Assembly: GCF_006345805.1 (NCBI RefSeq)
Contig: NC_043004.1
Location: forward strand, 53,816,001 to 53,880,000
Direction of reading: 5' to 3'
DNA length: 64,000 nucleotides
DNA from: Octopus sinensis
Taxonomy: Eukaryota
The notes beneath the pieces are model-generated. The model searched no databases, was not told the origin of the DNA, and worked only from the letters and a program-made list of their open reading frames with translations. Position numbers and translations under genes: made by a program. This document shows, in pieces, positions 25,861-38,606 of the stretch. How positions within the stretch are numbered: the first letter of the stretch is position 1; each line of letters starts with the position of its first letter.

Positions 25861-28003
25861 ATATATTATATATATAGATATTATATATATATATATATAC
25901 ATATATATATCATATATAGTTTATATATTTATCTCTATATATATATATGTTACATATATGTATATATATACATATATATGTATATATGTATATATATAAA
26001 TATATATATATATATCTTATTTAAATAATAGAGCAGGATGCCAACTATGTTGTGTAGAACTCCTGAACATCTTGAAATTCAAGACAAACACAATCTTATA
26101 ACAAAAGGTCAGAGTTCAAACCATCCTGTATACACAAACTTATTAATACTTTCAAATACTACAAAGCTTAGGTTTTATACCAACTCCCCCATGCAATTTC
26201 CTCCCACCGGTGCGCAACCTGTCGGCTCCAGCACATCCCGCTTTCCTATATGTGCGTGTGTATATGCGTATGTGTGTGTGTATGTATATGTATGTGCACA
26301 TATGTGTACGTATATGTACATATATATATATATGTGCGTGTGTGTGTGTGTGTGTGTGTGTGGGTGCGTGTATGTGCATATATGTTTCCCTGCATTTTCC
26401 TCCTATATATACAAATTTGTGTCCCATACATGACTTCTTTCCCTAAATATTTCTTCTCCTACACCCATATCCTTCCTATATAGTCTCTTTACTTCCCTAT
26501 ATCTATACCCTTTCACATTTCTAACTCGGATGTTGATCGCACACCGCCAAACTCCATTTCCCACCTTCCAATTTTCAGTTCCCCCGCCCGCCCCTACGTG
26601 GGCACTTTTAACACACACCTCTAACTTTCAACCACCTTCATCTCATGTTAAATTATATTTTTATCTTATTTTATTTTATTTTTACTTTTACTCTTATCTA
26701 CTTATCTATTCTCATTTTCATTTCATCCCTTACCTTAACTCTTATAATTTTTATAATTTTTATATTTCATTTCTAACTATTACATTGTATTTTTATTTAT
26801 ACTGTATTTCTTACTTTTATTTCTAATTTTTACCCTTACCCTCATTCTTACCCCTAACTTATCGCTTTACATTCTATATATATGTATTTACTTACCTATA
26901 GATCCACTTTTGACTATACGAGCGTCCGTGTACGTATGTATACGCATACATAATAGACGCGGCATATATGTACATGCATTATTTGATATCTTATAGCTAT
27001 ACCCATATGTCTCTGTGTGTGTGTGTAGGTGTATGTGTGCACGCACATACGTACACACAGCCGTGTGTGCGTGCACGCATAGACGTGATTCCTTACATGC
27101 GCTCTTATATACATCCTTTAATATCTTATATCTAGACCTGGAAGCGTGGGCATATGCGTGTGTGTATGTAGGGATGGGCGCGCGTATGTACATGTGAGTG
27201 TGTACACGTATAGTGTCCGTGTATACATGCGGATACTCTGTTGTATGTATGTATGTGTACGCACGTGCGTGTGGGTGTGTGTGTGTTTATATGCATGTTT
27301 ACACGCGAGTGCGTGTGTATGCTTATAGGCTTGGAGGCGTATATGTACGCGTGTATATGGGTGTATGTATCCATGTTGGTATGTATGTACTAGAAGTCCA
27401 AATAATTCAAGGAACCAGATTAAACGCTCAACATCTCTGATTTACAACTCATTAGGTCCCCAGACGGAAACTGTTGATTTACTGACAATTCTACAACTAA
27501 ATTTTATAATCTCCTGACCACCATGCTTGGTCCTTAACCTCTATACATCCCTTATCTTTATATTTTTTTATATTTTGTTACATTTTATCATGTTTTTTTA
27601 CTTTTATTTTTATTTCTATTTCTATTTTTACTTTATAACCTTATGCCTTTACATTTATTTATATTTCTTTATATTTCTTTATATCTTTTACCCCCTTTAC
27701 ATCTCCTTATATCTCTTTATATCTTTATGCTCTACATTTTTATATTTTTATATACTTACACTTTTTATACATTTTTTATCCCTCGTCCTGAATTCTCGCC
27801 CCTCCATCTTCACGTATATACATGTATTTATTTATTTACATTACTTCAACATCCATTTTTCCTCATCCTACATTGAGAGAAGAAAGAGATGGACGCTTCT
27901 ATTCTATGCTGCTGCCGCATTATGTCGTACGCGAATGGGAGGATTTGCATCCCTAACCAAGAATTTTTGATGTAACACAATGTCCTTGTGGAAGCTGTTG
28001 TGC

Positions 28004-28080
28004 GCGGCTGAAGAAGGCCACTGACATACATTATGCATGTTATAAATCTGTCTATAAATGGCCCGAAACATATGTACCGC
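28004..28080 (+). ncRNA. Minimal type I hammerhead ribozyme, family F
   Basis: GCGG-CUGAAGA-A-GGCCA...UGGCC-C-GAAAC-AUAU-GUA|CCGC. Stem III is the palindrome ACAUAUGU and stem I is GCGG/CCGC. A tail of about 110 bp follows, then (TA)n. Confidence 0.78.
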
Positions 28081-28227
28081 TGAATCCTTCGCATCATGTT
28101 TTTATTTTGATCAATTTACTCCACCACCTACACCACCAAACGGTATACACAGGTGCTTATAGTTATCAAGTACTCACCCCGAATTTGTATATATATATAT
28201 ATATATAATATATAATATATTTATTAT

Positions 28228-28407
28228 ATAGAAGGAGCTTCTACAGGACTAGAACTGTTTCATTCAAGAGAAATCTTCATGTGCTTCCTGAGATTTCTCT
28301 TGAATAAACATTCTAGTCCTTAAACTCTCTTCTATATAATAAATAATTTAACCCTGCTATGTATTGAGTACCTTATTTACTGTGTTAACCCCGAATCAAC
28401 CCGGACC

Positions 28408-28410
<3 letters not shown>
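28228..28410. mobile_element. Family C fold-back, second, more degraded copy
   Basis: Same arms and tail as 9791-9986, with a different loop junction and several deletions in the right arm. Confidence 0.7.
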
Positions 28411-28489
<79 letters not shown>

Positions 28490-28566
28490 TATATATATAA
28501 TATATATTAATATATATATATATACTATATATATAATATATATATATAGATATATATATATATATA

Positions 28567-28985
28567 GGCGCAGGAGTGGCTGTGTGGTAAGTAGCTTGCT
28601 AACCAACCACATGGTTCCGGGTTCAGTCCCACTGCATGGCATCTTGGGCAAGTGTCTTCTGCTATAGCCCCGGGCCGACCAATGCCTTGTGAGTGGATTT
28701 GGTAGATGGAAACTGAAAGAAGCCTGTCGTATATATGTATATATATATATGTATGTGTGTGTGTTTGTGTGTCTGTGTTTGTTCCCCCAGCATTGCTTGA
28801 CAACCGATGCTGGTGTGTTTACGTCCCTGTCACTTAGCGGTTCGGCAAAAAGAGACCGATAGAATAAGTACTGGGCTTACAAAGAGAATAAGTCCCGGGG
28901 TCGAGTTGCTCGACTAAAGGCGGTGCTCCAGCATGGCCGCAGTCAAAATGACTGAAACAAGTAAAAGAGTAAAGAGTAAAAGAGT
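28567..28985 (+). mobile_element. SINE family 1, full length
   Basis: tRNA-like head (B box GGTTCAGTCCC), internal (TA/TG)n, and a (GAGTAAA)n tail. Confidence 0.9.
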
Positions 28986-28989
28986 ATAT

Positions 28990-29208
28990 ACTCTTTTACT
29001 CTTTTACTTGTTTCAGTCATTTGACTGCGGCCATGCTGAGTACCGCCTTTAATCGAGCAACTCGATCCCGGGACTTATTCTTTTGTAAGCCCAGTACTTA
29101 TTCTATCGCTCTCTTTTGCCGACCGCTAAGTAACGGGGACATAAACACACCAGCATCGGTTGTCAAGCAATGCTAGGGGAACAAACACACTCACACAAAC
29201 ACCACACG

Positions 29209-29248
<40 letters not shown>

Positions 29249-29428
29249 ATATATATACATATATACGACGGGCTTCTTTCAGTTTCCGTCTACCAAATCC
29301 ACTCACAAGGCTTTGGTCGGCCCGAGGCTATAGTAGAAGACACTTGCCCAAAGTGCCACGCAGTGGGACTGAACCCGGAACCATGTGGTTGGTAAACAAG
29401 CTACTTACCACACAATCACTCCTGCGGC
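28990..29428 (-). mobile_element. SINE family 1, full length, tail-to-tail with the previous copy
   Basis: Reverse-complement copy meeting the first at GAGTATATACTC. Confidence 0.9.
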
Positions 29429-29471
29429 TATATGTATATATATATGTATATATATATATATAATATATATA

Positions 29472-29684
29472 GAAATTCGGGGTGAGTACTTGATAATTAT
29501 AAGCACCTGTGTATACCGTTTGGTGGTGTAGGTGGTGGAGTAAATTGATCAAAATAAATAAAAACATGATGCGAAGGATTCAGCCACAGACATACATTAT
29601 GCATTGTTATAAATCTGTCTAATAAAGGCCCGAAACATATGTACCGCTGAATCCTTCGCATCATGTTTTAATTTATTTTTGATC

Positions 29685-29687
<3 letters not shown>
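29472..29687. mobile_element. Family F pseudo-LTR: inverted tail segment joined to a 5'-truncated sense segment
   Basis: 29472-29584 is the reverse complement of 28079-28190, and 29583-29687 is a direct copy of about 28017-28118. Confidence 0.75.
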
Positions 29688-29735
<48 letters not shown>

Positions 29736-30298
29736 TCTCTCTCTTACTATATATATATTTATTTATATTATATAGACACACCACATGCATACTACACCTG
29801 CACACATATATGTACATTACATACATATATGCATACATACACTCATATATACATATGCATACATACATGCATACAGGCATGCATGCATGCATGCACATAG
29901 ATATAGACGTGATATAAGTATATTTACAAGGGACACAAAAATACAGAATAAAAGATTTAAAATAGGTAAATTCATAACTCGAAATCTGTTTCAGAATGCC
30001 CAGAGTTAGGTAATGATCATTATTATCACAAATTGCAGACTAAACGAGCGAAATATCATGGGTATGTAACCGGTACCCAATCACTTGTAGGTATTTCAAT
30101 AAATCCAGACCACCTTCATCAACGGAAGGGTAGCAACACTGTTGCCCTGGACGAAGAAATTTTAGATCCTCTTGAGCACGACTGAGTGCTTTACATACAG
30201 AGAATTCCCAAATAACACATGTGTGCACGCACACACACAAATATATATACACATATATGTATATGTAAATGCATATATATATATACACACACACATAT

Positions 30299-30368
<70 letters not shown>

Positions 30369-30482
30369 TGTGTGTGTGTGTCTGTGTATTTGTGAGAGAG
30401 AGTGTGTGTGTTTATGTATGTATGCGCGCCTCACCTATAAATAGATAGATATGCAGACAGAGTGATAGGCAGAAAAAATGGC

Positions 30483-30551
<69 letters not shown>

Positions 30552-30822
30552 TTTCATATTAATTGTTTGAATATGAATCGAATTTAATGTTCGTGCAATC
30601 TTATCGACCAGATCGAAGCAAACTATTTTTCGATATTCCATCTTTTTCAAACACTGAATCAGATTTCTGTCATCTCGGTCTATGGCTACAGTATGGCTAC
30701 ACTATCGTTGACGTGTTGTTAATGTGCAAGAGCGTTGTTCATAGTAAAACTCTTTAAGTGCCTATGTTTTAGTTGTTTTGTATTTTCAATTATTCGGCCT
30801 CGATAGTGTCTATATGTATATC

Positions 30823-31206
30823 GTGGAGGCGCAATGGCCCAGTGGTTAGGGCAGCGGACTCGCAGTCGTAGGATCGCGGTTTCGATTCCCAGACCGGGCG
30901 TTGTGAGTGTTTATTGAGCGAAAACACCTAAAGCTCCACGAGGCTCCGGTAGGGGATGGTGGTGATCCCTGCTGTACTCTTTCACCACAACTTTCTCTCA
31001 CTCTTACTTCCTGTTTCTGTTGTACCTGTATTTGAAATGGCCGGCCTTGTCACTCTCTGTGTCACGCTGAATATCCCCGAGAACTACGTTAATGGTACAC
31101 GTGTCTGTGGAGTGCTCAGCCACTTACACGTTAATTTCACGAGCAGGCTGTTCCGTTGATCGGATCAACCGGAACCCTCGTCGTCGTAACCGACGGAGTG
31201 CTTCCA
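30823..31206 (+). mobile_element. tRNA-derived SINE family 3, full length
   Basis: A box TGGCCCAGTGG, B-box-like GTTTCGATTCC, 3' end CGTAACCGACGGAGTGCTTCCA. Same family as 58243-58643 and 62699-63083. Confidence 0.9.
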
Positions 31207-32580
31207 CATATGTATATCATATTTCCCAACCTGAGATTTTCAATGTTATTTTTCCCTGTAAATGACAATCACCAAACCAATTCATGCTAGTCAGGTCTGA
31301 ATACTGTGCTAGATATTCAACTTATTGCGATAGCATACCATGAAATGATAAGTAAATAGACAATTTCAAGGAAAGAAAATTAACTTCAGAATAACTATGT
31401 CCGAAAGCGAAAATCAAACAATGACCAAAGAGAGTGTAACCCCCGCCTTAAAAACTGTCCTAGGAAAATAATAGAGAAATAAGATTAGAGACACGCTAAC
31501 GATAAAGATGATATAGAATAAATAACCCCATTCCAACATATTGTTAATAGGCAGAATATCAAAAGAAGACAGTTCTCGGATAACAGTCGTACTACTGCAT
31601 TGCTGAAGTTCTGAGTAAATTTGTTCATTTTATATTAACAGTATACAATACAACGTCTAATGATATTCAATACACTCTTCGTGTATCATTTGTAAGTGTA
31701 CACACACACACCACACACACCATACACACCACACACTACACACACACTCACACACACACACATACACACACATATATATATATAGTTGGAAAAAATTTGG
31801 AGTCAACAAGGGGCAGTACAGTTGGACATTTATTTTCAGTCACTACAATTGTTTCTACGCAACGTGGTCCTCCACGTGACGTGCAGGTACTTGATTATGC
31901 AACCGTTTCGCTGCATTATGCGATGTACTTGTGCTTCCTCAGGTGATATGTAAATATTGTCACTGTAAGTTCAAATTCTCGGCTTCAAGAGCATCCTCTC
32001 TGTCTGTCGGGGCCTGGAGTTAGTAGTAGTCAGTGAGTTTATCAAAGCTATGTTGTTGAAGAACCGTTTTCAACCTTCTTTGAACGCGTAAGGGCAGTGG
32101 GATGGTGATTCTACTAGTTACAGTGGTTGCCGTTTTAAAGGGAATGTCATTTGATTTCTTTGTACATTTGATTTGTTCTTCATGGTTCGTTACACATGCG
32201 ATTGTCTTTACAGATCATTACGAACCGGCCCATACGTACACATACATGGTTGTTTACATATACATCCATATAAATACTAACACTCGGACACACAAACAGA
32301 TGCAACACACACACACACACATTATGGATATGTACATATCCGTATATGTGTGTGCGTGTATATATATGTTGAGAGTGGAGGAAGAGACGAGAGGAAAGAG
32401 AATGATGAAGTCAAGGTTGAAGCTGTAAATGGTCAACCCTGCGAAAGAATTTTGGTCTGCCCGCCAACGGGTTAGTATCATTCGAAGACTAAAACAATGC
32501 GAAAAACATTGTGACCAGTGACAAGTCACAATATCCGATATTCTGGTCAATACCATGATAGAGTGACATATACATATATA

Positions 32581-33170
32581 TCTTTATATATCTGTATGTC
32601 TGTCTGTCTGTCTGTGTGTTTCCCTAAAACTTGAGAACTACACAACCAATTCCATTCAAATTTTACACATGCCTTACTTAGGGTCCGGGGAGTGTCATCG
32701 GCAGAAAGAATTTTGAACTTTTTGCCTAGGGCGAGCCCACAGCGATATTATATCTTCTCCACTACGATTCCCTAAAACTTGAGAACTACACAACCAATTC
32801 CATTCAAATTTTACACATGCCTTACTTAGGATCCATGTAGTTTCTTGGGAAAAAAAAATGTTCAACTTCTTGCCTGGAGCGAGCCCATAGCAATATCATA
32901 TCATTCTCCACTATTTCAGTATTACGTGTTAAAAGTGAAACAAAAACTTTCTCTATTTTATGTCAGATACTTTCAATTTAAGAATAAAAATAATAATAAC
33001 AATTGAATTATATGTAGTAAGTAATAATTAAAATCAAACTAAAGTATAATATAATCGTAACATACCAAAAGTAAAAATAGCAATTGGTATAAAATTGCTT
33101 CAATGACTGGAACTTGAATAAGTGGTTTTACATGAATGGGAATAAATTAAAAAATAAATTAGCGTGCAGA
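32581..33170 (+). mobile_element. Non-autonomous Helitron/DINE-like repeat with an internal 148-bp tandem duplication
   Basis: TCTTTATATATC + (GTCT)n start. TCCCTAAAACTTGAGAACTAC is repeated at 32621 and 32769. Confidence 0.5.
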
Positions 33171-33179
33171 CATGGAATA

Positions 33180-36100
33180 GTCCAGATGGATAATAAAAAA
33201 TTAAATTAAAGAAAAGACTATTGTCTATAAAGTATACAATGTAGAGAAAAAAGANNNNNNNNNNNNNNNNNNNNNNNNNNNNNNNNNNNNNNNNNNNNNN
33301 NNNNNNNNNNNNNNNNNNNNNNNNNNNNNNNNNNNNNNNNNNNNNNNNNNNNNNCCACAAACATACAAAAACATGACGATATAAAAAAAAAGAATAATAA
33401 AAAACTTACGACACAACGACAAAATGATCCAAAAAATCGAAGAAAAAAATAGAGTTTTGTCTAAATCTTTATTATAAAAATAACGTATATAACAGGAAAA
33501 ATACGGCACAGTGGAGGTGCGTTTTACTACGGAGGAGATAGCGAAAAAACTATCGAGGGACCGATCAAAACAGAAAACATTGTCTTACTACTACTGATTG
33601 TATAAAAAAAGGACGTTCGAACGTTTCATGAAAACATACCGCCAGAGGCAGATGCAGAATGTCTGGTGGCAGCATGATGGTGTAGTCTTGAGGAAAAATA
33701 AACATCCTCCAGGCCACAGAGGGAGAGATTTTTGGAAAGGGCAGAAAATAGTGATAGCCATTCAGGCGGAGGTGCAAACACTGGAAGAAATTCCAGAAAC
33801 GGTAAAGATTAGTGAAGACGAGAAATAACAGTTTTCGTGGAGGGCAGGAAGCCGAGGTGCTTCGGCTGCGGCAAGAAGGGTCATGTAAGGGCGGAATGCC
33901 AACCAAACCCAAACCGCAGGAAGCACCTAAGCCAGGAAAAAAGAAGATAATGTGTCACCAGTAGCAGCGTCGGACGGCCCAGAAGGGAAGACTGAAGGTG
34001 GTGGAGGTGACGGTGACAGCAGAACCAGCGGCGGAGGAAAAAAAAGCGAGGAAAGATAAATGAGGAGGGTGGGCAAAAATTACCGAAAAAAAAAGAAAAA
34101 ACGGAAACCACCCCTCCCAGAATAATTTTAAAAAGAAAAGAGAGTCAATGAACTCGTATATGGCCGTAAAGCAGCAAATAGCAGACTCGGAAACGTGTTG
34201 GCAGCCATGGCCAAAGTGGAGAAAGTAGTGAAAAAAAACGACTTTGTAATTTACAGAATAGGCCGGAAGGATTACGGGCGGATAAAGTCAGAATTCTTCC
34301 ATGACGTAGGCCCACTTAGATTGGATGTGACATCTCCACATATATTCGAGGGCCTAAGTCAGACTCCCCCACGAGGCCCAGAAAAGAGTTAGAAGAACAA
34401 GAGAAAACCGAACCACTGATATAAAGGTAAGTAATGGATTACATTTATGTTGGTTGTTTGAATGTGCGCGGCCTGGGAGCAGGCTGGAAGCAAGGTCGCT
34501 TCCTGCATGATATCAGGTCGCGTAATTTAGATGTTATTGTTGCTACAGAAACCCTTAGAGGGGCCAAGAGGTCTACTCCCCGCTGTTTGACGGCTACGAG
34601 AGTTTTTTCTCTCCTGGCAGTCCTACAGGCGGGAGTGGGGTGTTGGTCCTATTAAAAAAAACCGGGTTTCTGAGAAAAAGTTAATTTTTGCAGATCCAGA
34701 AGGTAGGCTGGTCGTCATGGATTTGACGTTCAGTAATGGTAAAGTTATCAGACTGGTTGCAATTTACGCACCCAACCATACAGGGCAAAGTGATTATTTT
34801 CGTGAACTAGAAAACTTCTTGGTACTTCGCATTCATTAGTGGTGCTAGGAGACTTTAACACAATTTGCAAAGCGGATGTAGATTGTGTTGGCTCGCGTCC
34901 AGATAGAAAAGGCAACAGTGGCTTCATGGAACTGCTAAGCCGCTTTGAGCTAGCAGATCCTTATAGGCTGGAATTTCCGAACGCTCCATTGTGGACATGG
35001 TCAAACAGCGACGGATCTTCCAGGTCATATTTAGATAGAATACTAATTAGAAAAGTAGACAGTAAAATAGCTAAGTGTCCACAGTTTTACCCGATCAGCT
35101 ACAGTGATCATAAAATGGTCACTTGTAAGCTTGACATAGATAAGGTTAAAAATAGAGGATCCGGTTACTGGAAACTTAATACGTCCCTTTTGGCGATTAA
35201 GGAGTACAAAGACCGGATTAGGAATATAATTCAGAGGGCACTATCTGGTACCATCATTAATAACAAATGGTGGTACGCCCTCAAACGAGCCATCAAGTTT
35301 GAGTCTATTAGATATAGCATAGGAGTAGTGGCTAGAGAGGCTAGAAGGGAAACTACTCTAGTTAAGGAATTAGAGGAAGACCATGAAAAACTGGCTCTGC
35401 GGCTCAGGTGGCGTCCAAGAGACTGGTGTTAAACCAGCACCACTCGAGGCCAAACACATGGGCTGCATTGTCAGGGCTAGAATCCGCCATATGGGATGTG
35501 AAGGAATCAACGCCGTGAGATGGGCCCGAGTGGTGGAAGCTCAGCATGGTAACGATGTCACGATTCGATCTTTGACGAACCAACAAGGTGAGTTGATAAA
35601 CGAACCCGAGGAGATGTGTGAGGCCTTTCAGGAGCACTTCGCTCAGCTTTTCGGTGAGTGCGGCGGACTGGATAGGAGGAGGGCCTTTACGGACCTACTC
35701 GTCGGGCTGCCGCGCTTATCGGGGCGAGATGCGGAGGGCTGTGAAGGGCCAATCACGCCTGGGGAGGTGGTTGAGGCAATGGCGGACTGCGGCGCGGGCA
35801 AGGCGCCGGGTTTGGATGGTCTACCCTATGAGTTATATAAGAGTATGCCAGACTTGTTCGGGCACCTACTGGCGGAGGTCTATGAGAACTGGCAGCAGAA
35901 CGGGCTTATACCCAGATCTGTGCGCCGGGGAGTAGTGACTCTCGTCAGAAAGGACCCGAGCAAGGGGATGCATTGATAATTTCAGGCCCATCACTCTGCT
36001 AAACACAGAGTTGAAGATTTTGGCCAAAGTGTTATCGAAAAATTGGCGCGTGTCGCGGATGGTCTGATCGGAGAGGCACAGACATGTGCCGTTCCGGGCA

Positions 36101-38068
36101 GATCCATTCAGGATAATCTCCATCTAATGCGGTACACTATAGAGGGGTTTAATAGTGATTCTGGCAAGGGTGGGGCACTGGTCCATTTAGACCAATCTAA
36201 AGCTTTTGATAGGGTCACCATCGTTACCTGGTATCTGCCTGGCACAGTTCGGGCTGAGCCTTGGCTTCCTCAGGTGGATTATCCAAATTTATGATAACAT
36301 CGACTCGGTAGTTCGGGTGAACGGCTTCTTGTCGAAGCCGTTCAAAATCAAACGCTCGGTTCGTCAAGGGTGTCCGCTCTCCCCGCTTTTGTACGTGATG
36401 GCTCTTGAGCCATTACTGCGAAAACTGAGCGGCATCCCGAGACAGCCAGGTAATGGAAAATCAGTGTCAGCGTACGCGGATGACATCACCATCATCGTAA
36501 CCGAAATGGACCACCTATGTAAAGTAGGCAAGGCCATAGAGGTTTACGAGACGGTGACAGGAGCAAAAGTTAATCGCGAAAAGTCAGTCGGCTTGCAACT
36601 CGGCACCTGGAGAGGCAAGTCGATGCCTCCTGACAGCGTCGTGGGACGTTGGACGGAGGGTCCGATTAAACTGCTAGGGGTCTGGTTCGGTCCAGACCTC
36701 CAAATAGAGAAGAATTGGGGCGAGGTAACGAGCAAGGTGGCTGCAGTAGCCAAGACCTGGTCTTGGCGGTGGCTATCCTGAAAGGGAGGGCGGAGGTGGC
36801 CAATGTGTTTATCGCATCGGTTATCACCTACCGCCTTTCCGTCGTTCCTTGCCCTGATTCGTGGTTGATCAAGTTGGAAAGACAGCTCTTCTACTTCTTG
36901 TGGAAGGGCGGGAAACCACTTGTGAAACGCTCTACTTGCTGTCAACAACCGTTAAAGGGTGGGCTAGGGATGCCTTGGCTGATGATGCGCAGACATGCGC
37001 TGAGGTTAAGACATCTGTGGCTCTACCTGGATGGTGAACGGGTGTGGTCTTCGCTAGCAAAACTGATGTTTCCCAAGTTCACTAGTTTCGGTGGATGGGA
37101 AACCTGGCTGAATCGTAGATCGAAACTTGGTACTTGGTACACGGAGTGTCGCAAGGCTCTCCTGCTATTCCGTCGCTCGGGCAACGCCTGCGTGGGGGTT
37201 CCACCACATTCTTCTATAGAGGTTGGTAGAGGCGGAATGTGAAGATACCTTGGGGGAAACCCTAGGTCTCGACGATAATCAGCTGGCCAGTCTGTTCCGA
37301 CGTACGTTCGAGCCGAGGACACTGGACAACTTCCAGAAGTCTCTGGCATGGCAATGCTACAGAGGAGCTCTACCTGTTCGGGATAAACTCGCAAGGCACG
37401 GTGGCCAAGACAGTCCGATATGTCCAAGATGCGGGCGGGATAGGGAAACCGTCCCGCAGCGCTATTGTTCATTGTCCGGACGTGTCTGAGGTGTGGGTTT
37501 ATGCCGAACAGCTTTTGTCAGGTACACGAAGAGTACAGCTGTCGACTGAGTCGATTACAAAAATTGACCCACCGGATTTCCTCGTGAATGAAGGTAAGTT
37601 TCGTTTTCTCGTTGTAGTAGCAATTGCGAAAGAGGTGATATGGAAGACGAGAATGAAAGGTGTACAGTCAGGCAAGTTCACCTCCGGCCCTGGTTTGATG
37701 AATTATTTCATCTTTCACCTGAAAAGGAAGATAGGGCTGGAGAGAATATGCCTGACTAGGAGAGTGTATGAAGAACGATGGAAGGATGTAGCACGAAAGT
37801 TGCGAGTGAAAGATACAACATAAATGTAATACCAAGCGCAACCAAAAGTATCAGTGGGGAGGCGGGGCTCGTGGGGTCCGAGCTAAACCCGCACCCACTC
37901 CACCCGTAATGTCTTCCGGTCTGTCCCATCATTCGATTTCTGTCCATTTATTGTAATTCATGAAAATTTTTAAATTCGATTTATTGTAAAAACCCATTCG
38001 TGTGTCTGACCCCATCATCAGATTGTATTGTCCCATCTATGTTCGCCCCTTGTGGGTAATAATAAAAC
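33180..38068 (+). mobile_element. Tx1/L1-clade non-LTR retrotransposon, near full length, frameshifted
   Basis: ORF1 has a CCHC knuckle RCFGCGKKGHVRAEC (about 33853-33900). ORF2 has an APE domain (VGCLNVRGL...ETL; LGDFN; YLDRIL; SDHK; GYWKLN) and an RT domain (KAPGLDGLPYE; FRPITLLN; LDQSKAFDRV; RQGCPLSPLL; SAYADD). A C-terminal CPRC..H....C motif and a 3' UTR ending AATAATAAAACAAC follow. Confidence 0.95.
33255..33354. other. Assembly gap (100 N)
   Basis: Run of 100 N inside the 5' part of the Tx1-like element. Confidence 1.
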
Positions 38069-38069
38069 A

Positions 38070-38385
38070 ACATGGAGGAAAGCACCTTCGAAAAGTGTCT
38101 TGGAGCGACTATGAAAGGTATCTAATCAGAGGCGGTAAATTCGCCAAAATAGAAGCAAGGTTCGAGTCACCGGAGCGTGCAAGGGAGTACTCGACACGAA
38201 CTTGCAAAGTGGAAATATTTTATTTTTACCTATATATCTGGGACGTAGGACGTCCCGAATAAAAAATTTAAATGCCTCCCCCCCTCCCCAGAAGTAGAGG
38301 TAGGCTGGATTGTAGCCACACTTCTATACAAGAAGGAGGACAAGATACAATTGATCGAAATTACAAGAGACGGCCTAACAATTCC
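38070..38385 (+). mobile_element. ORF1 fragment of a second, divergent Tx1-like family
   Basis: GGKFAKIEARFESPERAREYST...PIYLGRRTSRIK...PPEVEVGWIVA aligns by eye with KYGTVEVRFTTEEIAKKLS...NIPPEADAECLVAA of the upstream element's ORF1. Confidence 0.6.
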
Positions 38386-38606
38386 AGTCTGTTATATATT
38401 TTGAGTATTGTTATCACTAGCCATATCAAGATATAACTTTGTATTTTGTATTTTATGTGTAGATGTATATATATAGATGTACATGTAATATGTACACATA
38501 TATATACACATATATACATGGACTAGCACTATGACCCCGCAACGACGGGTCTTTAATGCTAGTATAATTATAAAGGGTAGTCGCCATGCTAGATCGTTTG
38601 CTACCA

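Noticed and set aside
30040-30225. Possible L1/Tx1 fragment ([14 protein letters not shown]) on the minus strand
   Set aside because: Only one short motif resembles the family; insufficient without a search.
31785-32570. Possible Tc1/mariner relics (terminus-like CAGTTGG; KNIVTSDKS)
   Set aside because: The similarity is too short and degenerate to support.
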